From assembly GCA_016839815.1 (NCBI GenBank), contig JAEOTM010000090.1, forward strand, positions 1-24,490: 24,490 nt of DNA. The letters are read 5' to 3'. Shown here piece after piece: positions 18,101 to 24,490 of this stretch (position 1 is its first letter; the number at the start of each line of letters is the position of its first letter). The notes below the pieces were generated by a model. It was given only the letters and a program-made list of their open reading frames with translations. It had not been told where the DNA came from and made no database searches. The DNA is from Candidatus Hodarchaeota archaeon (GTDB lineage: Archaea; Asgardarchaeota; Heimdallarchaeia; Hodarchaeales; Hodarchaeaceae). The translations under genes and the position numbers were made by a program.

Positions 18101-18830
18101 ATGGTTATCGCAAACACAAGAGGAATGTACTATGCAAAACCATCGAGGGATTATTCTAACCATTATTTTTTTTTAAGTGTCCTATGGATCCAAGACAATT
18201 TAAAATCAATAGAAACATCAGTTCAAGCAGCTGACTTTGAAATCTTAATACCCTATGGACTTGATCATCCTCGTGGGAAAATCATTAAATCCATGATAGA
18301 CAATAGTACACTGAAAGACGCATATGACTCAAGCCTGGCGTATTCCCGTACGAACCAGTCTTAAAGATAAACCATGGATCTCTGCTTTTGATAACCGATC
18401 TAACTTTGCTACTCATATTGAGTCACAAAGTTACGCTTTCCCATGGGGTAAACAACATCCTGAATGGCTTACTGTCCACTCTGATGTTATGATCCCTGGT
18501 TATCTGACAGGACTGAATAATGTTACCTGGAACCAAGAGTACTCAGATCAAGTGTATATGCAGATGGCACAAAACACCTTAGATGAGATAGCATGGACTA
18601 TCCAAACTTATTACCTTGGTGGTATTTTAACAACAACTGAAACTCCTACAACAAGCGACACTACTAGTAAAACTAGTGATACTATTGATACTTCTACAAT
18701 CATTGCTACGGTTGATCCTTCAACAAGACCTACAACTCCTACTATTACCTCAATTACTGGTTCACCAATAGTTTTATTAGCAGGTCTTATTTGTATATAT
18801 GGAATAAAAAGAAAAAGAAGAAGGAAATAA
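18101..18830 (+). pseudogene. Probable 5'-truncated, frameshifted surface-protein gene with a Thr-rich linker and TM-basic tail
   Basis: Two ORFs (18101-18364 and 18324-18830) overlap by 41 nt in frames offset by +1. The second ends in a Thr/Ser/Pro-rich stalk plus PIVLLAGLICIYGIKRKRRRK, but neither ORF has a signal peptide. Confidence 0.55.
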
Positions 18831-18877
18831 CTATTTCATATTATTAATTTTCTCAAGTTTTTTCTTCCGAGTAATAT

Positions 18878-19633
18878 TCATCCGAGAGGGGGATTTTCAG
18901 AAATCATTATCTTTCGTCTAGTAATAACTCCAACTAGGAGAATAAACCCTAGATAAGGAAGATTCTCAAACCCAGGGACAAGCTTAGAGGAAGTGGAAAA
19001 TTCAAACTCAGAGAAAGTAAAAGTAGAATTAGATTCTTTCTCATAAAAATAGAAGGCCCAACCAGTTTTCCAGTAAGATTTAGATTTTAGTTCATATGCA
19101 ATACCTGTCTCTTCAAAAGTGGTGTTCATTGAATAGATTACTATGTTTCCTTCAAGTAAGGTATTGATTGTCCAATTATTACCACCGAATGAATCCTCAA
19201 TACTTCCAGCAGATTCTTCCCAATAAGTTCTATTGGTAGTCGTTTTTAAGACAGGAGCCCAACTCATATGAAAATTCCCTGTATCACACTCAATTGTCTT
19301 CTGCTGAACAGTAAGTTCATTATTATAAGTCACGTTGAGCAATGCCAAGTGTGATTCGAACCCGATTATTTTAATTGTTATAGTAGAACCAACCTGTTTA
19401 GTAACGTTGAAACGGTAGCCATTAACATCATAGAGCGGAACTGTATTGGAATAATAATCTCCATTGCCATCAAAATCTTCATAATCATAATACTTGCTAT
19501 ACCTGAAGGTTTGGGAATCTCCAATATTTACTTTCCATTCAAAAATGTCAGAATCATTTTGGGCTACCGAAAGATTGAATGAAAGAAACAATAAAAGACA
19601 AAAACCAGTTAAATACACTTGCTTAAGGTTCAA
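18878..19633 (-). CDS. Small secreted protein with a PGF-CTERM-like tail
   Basis: Signal peptide (TTG start), W.V..GD...F.Y N-terminal strand, beta-rich body, DFDGNGD acidic loop and C-terminal VPGFENLPYLGFILLVGVITRRK. Confidence 0.8.
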   Translation of the reverse strand: MNLKQVYLTGFCLLLFLSFNLSVAQNDSDIFEWKVNIGDSQTFRYSKYYDYEDFDGNGDYYSNTVPLYDVNGYRFNVTKQVGSTITIKIIGFESHLALLNVTYNNELTVQQKTIECDTGNFHMSWAPVLKTTTNRTYWEESAGSIEDSFGGNNWTINTLLEGNIVIYSMNTTFEETGIAYELKSKSYWKTGWAFYFYEKESNSTFTFSEFEFSTSSKLVPGFENLPYLGFILLVGVITRRKIMISENPPLG

Positions 19634-19713
19634 TGAGTTGAAAGCTCCTAAATGTGAAAAAATAATGGAAGAATGAAGTATATTCCCTATCCTTTCTAAT
19701 GATTTAAGTTTTA

Positions 19714-21222
19714 TTATGAAACTCTTTCTAAAAGAACACTTTCAACAATAACTGGTCTTAATTTAGCAATTAATCCTCTAACTTCATCTAAGGCAGAATC
19801 TGAAGAAGCGTAGACACGAAAGACTTCCTCTCCTTTCCGAACTGATTCCTTCTTTGATAAAATTTGAATTCCAGCTAAAATATCTTCGGGAGCTCCTGCA
19901 GCTCGAGCTATCTCCTTCAAGGCATAATTATTCCAAGTATGAGGCCATCCATCTCCAGGAGCTTGATAAGATAGATACGGTTTATCCTTAAGTTGGTCCC
20001 GAAGTTCCGTAGAGGTAATATCAGGATTACCACCTTGCCCACCAATGATTTCTCTCATCTTGTTCAAAGCTTTTCCACTTGATAAAATTTCTGCAGCATA
20101 TGGTTTACCAAGTCCACGACCCGTCATACCAGCTAACTCAAAGATTATTCCTGCAAGCTCACAACTTTTTTCCACCAAGGATGTTGGACCTTTTCCCGCA
20201 AGAGCATCCAATGCCTCAGCTGCTTCCAATGTAGGCCCAATACTATGTCCAACAGGAACATTAGCATAAGTCAAACCAGCCTCGGCCTTAATCCCTAAAC
20301 GAGCGGCAAGACTAACAAACATTCTCGCTAATGCTCTTCCATCTTCTTCACTCTCTACTTTTGTCCCTCCTCCAACTGGAATATCCAAGCACATGAAATC
20401 GACCCCCATGGCCAATTTCTTTGCTAAAATGCCTGCTAAAAATAGCGATTCAGGATCAATGCCTAAAGGAAATGCGGCTTCTTTAATAATTTTATCTACT
20501 ACAGGTGCTATTCCCATATCCCGACCAGAGACGATACATCCCTTGGTTTTTTTGACTAGTTCAAATACTTCATCAGCATTTAATTCCACAGGGGCTAAAA
20601 CAGACATTGTATCAGCAGTTCCACTTGCAGAAGTAATTGCGTGGGTAGAAGTCTTGGGAATAAGTAATCCTGCCGCAGCAAGTATTGGAACAATCAATAA
20701 AGTGATTTTATTACCAGGAACACCTCCTATACTGTGTTTATCAAACACAGGAGCCGCAAAATCATGAATTTTCCCCGATTCGGCAAAAGAACGAGCCATT
20801 GCTTCTATTTCATCTAGGGAGAATTCCGTAAAGTGTTGTGACAAAAGAAAAGCAGAGGAATGGGAGGGAGAAACTTCTGCATTCATAAATCCTTGTGTAA
20901 TTGAATCCATATCTTCTTTATTGAGTGTTTTTCCCTTAACTTTATCGATAATCAATCTATGTGCCACTGAATCAAAAGATTTTCTTGTTTGGACATCTAC
21001 TTCCATCCCTTCTGATAATCCATATTGTTTATGTACTGATTTAGATAATCCAATCTCCCCCTTAGCTACATATTTACTAGTTAAATAGGCCTGTACTGGA
21101 AAATACGTACTATCATATGATATTCGTAACTGACAGGGATAAGTAATGGTTTGAGGAAAATTTTGATCATTTACAAATGCAAAAGGTGAATCTAAAGGTA
21201 TTTCTTTCAAGGTTAATTTCAA
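19714..21222 (-). CDS. AMP phosphorylase-family protein, divergent paralog B
   Basis: DKHSIGGVPGNK, IPKTSTHAITSASGTAD, GIDPES..LAGILAKK, DIPVGGGTK, P.G..IGP.LEA and an N-terminal double-psi-barrel-like domain. The TTG start has SD AGGAGGT. Confidence 0.88.
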   Translation of the reverse strand: MKLTLKEIPLDSPFAFVNDQNFPQTITYPCQLRISYDSTYFPVQAYLTSKYVAKGEIGLSKSVHKQYGLSEGMEVDVQTRKSFDSVAHRLIIDKVKGKTLNKEDMDSITQGFMNAEVSPSHSSAFLLSQHFTEFSLDEIEAMARSFAESGKIHDFAAPVFDKHSIGGVPGNKITLLIVPILAAAGLLIPKTSTHAITSASGTADTMSVLAPVELNADEVFELVKKTKGCIVSGRDMGIAPVVDKIIKEAAFPLGIDPESLFLAGILAKKLAMGVDFMCLDIPVGGGTKVESEEDGRALARMFVSLAARLGIKAEAGLTYANVPVGHSIGPTLEAAEALDALAGKGPTSLVEKSCELAGIIFELAGMTGRGLGKPYAAEILSSGKALNKMREIIGGQGGNPDITSTELRDQLKDKPYLSYQAPGDGWPHTWNNYALKEIARAAGAPEDILAGIQILSKKESVRKGEEVFRVYASSDSALDEVRGLIAKLRPVIVESVLLERVS

Positions 21223-21437
21223 ATATTGTACCTCCTATTCTATAATGAATGAAGAGAGAATTCACGCCCTTAGAATACTAAATCTTTCCCAATATTCTAA
21301 AAGATAATTATTGCTCAATCTTTGGTTGATTAGAGAAAGATTCATAGAAACTGGTTGTCTATTGTGAATACTCTTTACTAACTTATTATTTTAGTAAATC
21401 ATTAACCTTTTTTACAGCTTTCTTTTCAGGTACTAAC

Positions 21438-21459
21438 AAAAAAGAAGAAGAAAAAAAAA
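21438..21459 (-). terminator. Oligo-T terminator-like tract after AMP phosphorylase paralog A
   Basis: The minus strand reads TTTTTTTTTCTTCTTCTTTTTT, starting a few nt after the stop codon at 21465. Confidence 0.55.
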
Positions 21460-21464
21460 TTTAA

Positions 21465-23027
21465 CTATACTCTACCCATTAGCATTCCTTCAATGGTGAT
21501 AGGATTAAGTTTAGCAAATTTACCTTCGGCAGCGGATAATCGAGACTCAGAAGAACTATAAATGCGGATGAGAGATTCACCGCGTTTTACTGCATCTTTT
21601 TTCTTCAAGAACACAATACCTGCACCTTTGTCTTTGGGACAACCTGCAGTACGAGCAATTTCAGCGATTTTCGCATTATCTATCTGTACAATCCATCCTG
21701 AGGAAGGAGCTAGAATTTCTACCGAATATTGACCAATTGGAATATCATCAGGCATCATGTTCCGATCAGCAGATTGTGCTTCAATAATTTCACGAAATTT
21801 ATCTAAGGCTTTTCCACTGTAAAGGACTTGCTTGGCAAGTTCTCTGCCCTGACCTCTAAGAGCTTTTCCAGCCATCTCCAGTAATATTCCTGATAGTTCA
21901 CACGATTTCTCTACTAGGCTTGATGGCCCTTGTTTTGGATCAATTAGGGTCTGAAGTGCTTCTTGCGCTTCCAAAGCGCTACCTACAGTGTGCCCAACGG
22001 GTGAAGCTCCAAAAGTAATTCCACTTTCCACTCTAATCCCCAGTCGTCGTCCTAATTCTGCAAATTCTCTACCTAATGCTTGTGCAGTTCCAATATCAGA
22101 TATTTTAGTGCCCATTCCAGTAGGTAAATCCATCACAAGGAAATGAATCCCCGTAGCTACTTTTTTAGACATGATTGATGCTAACATCATTGAAGTGGGG
22201 TTTACACCCAGTGGGAATTCGACATCTTTAATCAGAATATCATCAGCGGGTGCAAGATTGAATCCTCCACCCCACGCGATCATACCTTTCGTCCTTTTTG
22301 AAATTTCTACCAGTTCTTCCGCTGTAAATATAACATCACAACCTAGTGCCTCCATGGTATCAGCAGTTCCTGAGGGACTGGTAATTGCCCGACTACTGGT
22401 TTTAGGTATTAATAATCCAGAAGCAGCAATAATTGGTACAATTAAGAGGGTGACCTTGTTTCCTGGCACACCACCTGTGCTGTGTTTATCGAATACTGTG
22501 TGCTGTCCGAAATCTATCATCTCCCCCGTTTGGGCCATGGCCTGGGTTAATTCTTCAATCTCATCCATGCTAAAAGGTTCAAAAATTTGTGATAATACGA
22601 ATGCAGCCTTTTCTAGTTGGTTTAGGCGATGATAGGCGATATCATTAACCACTTGCTCTATCTCATTTTTCTTGAACGGTCTTCTTTCCATCATCCGCTT
22701 CCGAATTAGATAATAAGAATCGGGAGGAGTTCGGCTTAGAGGCAATACTTGAATGGTATCTCCATCCTCTGCATCTAATTCGCTAAGCATCTCACTTGAT
22801 ATCCATATCTTATCCACTGGTACATGATCAGAAATGACTATATGCTCAGTAAAGACAGTTTGTGTAGGAGAAATTAGTTGAATCTGTGGATTTTTAAAAC
22901 TCCCCTTAAATAATCCCGTTTCAGGTGATAATATTACTGTGTGTTTGGGATACACACTTACATTTTCTGCTTTGAACTTCAATGCACTTGATTTTTTCCT
23001 TGGGACGGGTATTTGTGGACTTGTCAT
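21465..23027 (-). CDS. AMP phosphorylase-family protein (archaeal DeoA-like), paralog A
   Basis: DKHSTGGVPGNK, IPKTSSRAITSPSGTAD, WGG..NLAPADD, LASIMSKK, DLPTGMGTK and C-terminal AG.P.DKGAGI. Confidence 0.92.
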   Translation of the reverse strand: MTSPQIPVPRKKSSALKFKAENVSVYPKHTVILSPETGLFKGSFKNPQIQLISPTQTVFTEHIVISDHVPVDKIWISSEMLSELDAEDGDTIQVLPLSRTPPDSYYLIRKRMMERRPFKKNEIEQVVNDIAYHRLNQLEKAAFVLSQIFEPFSMDEIEELTQAMAQTGEMIDFGQHTVFDKHSTGGVPGNKVTLLIVPIIAASGLLIPKTSSRAITSPSGTADTMEALGCDVIFTAEELVEISKRTKGMIAWGGGFNLAPADDILIKDVEFPLGVNPTSMMLASIMSKKVATGIHFLVMDLPTGMGTKISDIGTAQALGREFAELGRRLGIRVESGITFGASPVGHTVGSALEAQEALQTLIDPKQGPSSLVEKSCELSGILLEMAGKALRGQGRELAKQVLYSGKALDKFREIIEAQSADRNMMPDDIPIGQYSVEILAPSSGWIVQIDNAKIAEIARTAGCPKDKGAGIVFLKKKDAVKRGESLIRIYSSSESRLSAAEGKFAKLNPITIEGMLMGRV

Positions 23028-23248
23028 TTTTCTAACAACTCTTAATTCTGTTTCTCGTACATTACTGGCTTGTCAGTTATTTCTTAATAAACCATTTGTT
23101 TTACGCAGTGAGGAAGATCCATGCCTTAGAGTAATAGATTCGGAACCTCGTTCTAATCATAGTGGTATTCTAGGCTAGATTTTTGGATTTTATAAAAGAA
23201 AATATTTATTGATGGAGTTTCTGGGCGGTTATTGGATCGGTACTCACA

Positions 23249-24025
23249 ATGATTAACTGGAATGAAATTACAACTCTTCTATTTGATTTAGACAATACTT
23301 TAATTATGTTTGATGAACGAGAGTTCATTCCGTTATATGGGAAAAGCATTTATGCGTATTTTACCAATGAAATAGCTTCTTATGAGGAATTCATGAACTT
23401 ATTTTTATCTTCTACCCACGCGATGTTGGAGACGGAACCTGAAGGGCTTACAAATCTTGAAAAGTTCGCTGTGCATTTTAGTCCACGAATAGGGTTACCT
23501 TCAGAAGTGATTGTTGATCGATTTCTACACTTCTATAGCAATGGGTTTGATCAAATTGCTCAGGTGATTTCCCCCGCTCCCTACGGCCAAGAATTACTTC
23601 AGTTAGTATCAAGGTATTTTAGTGTGGTTGCGGCTACCAATCCTCTCTTTCCAAGAATTGCCACCGAGAAACGTCTAAATTGGGGGAAAATTGGATTATC
23701 GGAGATACCATGGATAGAAGTTACTGTAGCGGATGAATATTATACTGCAAAGCCATATCTCTCGTATTATGAAGAGGTTTTACAGAAGATCAATAAAACT
23801 CCAGCAGAGTGTGTCATGATTGGAAACGATAGGGTTAATGACATGATTGCTGGAAAATTAGGAATAAAAACGTATTTTGTCGAAACTAATACTGCTCCTG
23901 ACAAAATAATTACTACTGAGCTTGATCGTGAGCAACCTGAATTTCCTATTGATGATTCGGGAACATTAAAAGACCTCTACTTTCAACTCAAAGGATTTAT
24001 TAATCAAAAATTTGATACAAAGTAG
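23249..24025 (+). CDS. HAD-superfamily hydrolase (subfamily I phosphatase-like)
   Basis: FDLDNTL (motif I), ATN (II), AKP (III) and MIGND..ND (IV). Confidence 0.9.
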   Translation: MINWNEITTLLFDLDNTLIMFDEREFIPLYGKSIYAYFTNEIASYEEFMNLFLSSTHAMLETEPEGLTNLEKFAVHFSPRIGLPSEVIVDRFLHFYSNGFDQIAQVISPAPYGQELLQLVSRYFSVVAATNPLFPRIATEKRLNWGKIGLSEIPWIEVTVADEYYTAKPYLSYYEEVLQKINKTPAECVMIGNDRVNDMIAGKLGIKTYFVETNTAPDKIITTELDREQPEFPIDDSGTLKDLYFQLKGFINQKFDTK

Positions 24026-24358
24026 AGCGACGCACGATATTAAGAGTATTATTGGCTTAATTTTTATTCCTTGGTTATATGGAGAACAAACACGTACGGT
24101 GATGCTTCTCTCGTCTCCGTGGCATTGGGTTTATAAAATTCGAAGACATTCCCGCACTTACTCAAATTTCAAAAAATTATACCCCGATTCCCCAGAATGT
24201 CAAGATTTATGACAGAATCTTCAAGGAGTTCTTGTTACTTTACCGAAATAATAAGAAGGCGTGCCATCGGTTAAATAAATGAATTCTTCGTCATAGATGA
24301 TATGTCTTTGATCACTGTCAGCACTAGAATACTGCTGGAATTGAATTTTCACAATAAG

Positions 24359-24375
24359 TGATAAACTTTTTATCA
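24359..24375. promoter_or_regulatory. Inverted repeat overlapping a TATA-like tract upstream of the last gene
   Basis: TGATAAA-CTT-TTTATCA, with perfect 7-bp arms, ends 24 nt before ATG 24399. Confidence 0.4.
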
Positions 24376-24398
24376 GTGAAAGATCCCTCATACTCTCT

Positions 24399-24490
24399 AT
24401 GAATGAGAATCAAAAGTTTCAAAAGATCATTCATCTAATAAAAACTGCTGAATACAAGAACGCACTTGAGGTTATTGAAAAACTAGAAAA
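24399..24490 (+). CDS. 5' end of a helical (possibly TPR-like) protein, truncated by the window edge
   Basis: MNENQKFQKIIHLIKTAEYKNALEVIEKLE... is open to the edge and shows an amphipathic Y.xAL..IE helix pattern. Confidence 0.5.
   Translation, partial: MNENQKFQKIIHLIKTAEYKNALEVIEKLE

Noticed and set aside
18350-18370. Programmed +1 frameshift at TCT TAA A
   Set aside because: The P-site codon could not re-pair in the +1 frame, and the joined product would still lack a signal peptide.
18630-18760. ACT/ACA-rich stretch as a tandem repeat or CRISPR-like array
   Set aside because: It is explained by Thr/Ser-rich linker codons and has no fixed repeat-spacer periodicity.
2040-23178. Nested or antisense ORFs in the track (2040-2249, 3424-3675, 5839-6306, 5852-6136, 11045-11266, 12337-12621, 12985-13296, 16005-16193, 16309-16530, 16750-16983, 19494-19676, 20045-20269, 20393-20767, 22171-22632, 22939-23178)
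   Set aside because: They are shadows of well-supported genes with no motifs. The similarity between the 20393 and 22171 ORFs only mirrors the paralogous sense genes.
24012-24212. 66-aa + strand ORF overlapping the HAD stop
   Set aside because: TTG start, no motif or SD, and no other support.

Overview
AT-rich, gene-dense archaeal window. I infer an Asgard archaeon, most likely Heimdallarchaeia-like, from the stand-alone roadblock/LC7 gene, several surface proteins ending in a (P/S)GF-TM-basic sorting tail, AMP phosphorylase-family genes, GGAG(G) SD sites and T-tract terminators. Left to right: PduO-type corrinoid adenosyltransferase (cut by the window edge), haloalkane dehalogenase, short HDAC-family deacetylase, orphan N6-adenine DNA methyltransferase, NrdG-like radical SAM protein, membrane M28 peptidase, surface vWA protein, an abutting SAM-methyltransferase + Cys-less AsnB-like pair, a small Cys/His protein, thiolase plus a membrane protein, a two-domain NDP-sugar dehydrogenase, a large surface protein, roadblock, a frameshifted surface-protein remnant, a small PGF-CTERM protein, two tandem AMP-phosphorylase paralogs, a HAD hydrolase and the start of a helical protein. 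I saw no RNA genes, CRISPR arrays or IS elements. Best leads: (1) the vWA surface protein resembles an integrin-beta headpiece by eye (betaI-like domain flanked by Ig-like strands, MIDAS plus an ADMIDAS-like acidic pair); (2) the two AMP phosphorylase paralogs show reciprocal changes at active-site positions; (3) the methyltransferase/amide-ligase pair; (4) a putative Zn protein with a PIP-box-like motif. All family calls come from motif recognition by eye; no searches were run.
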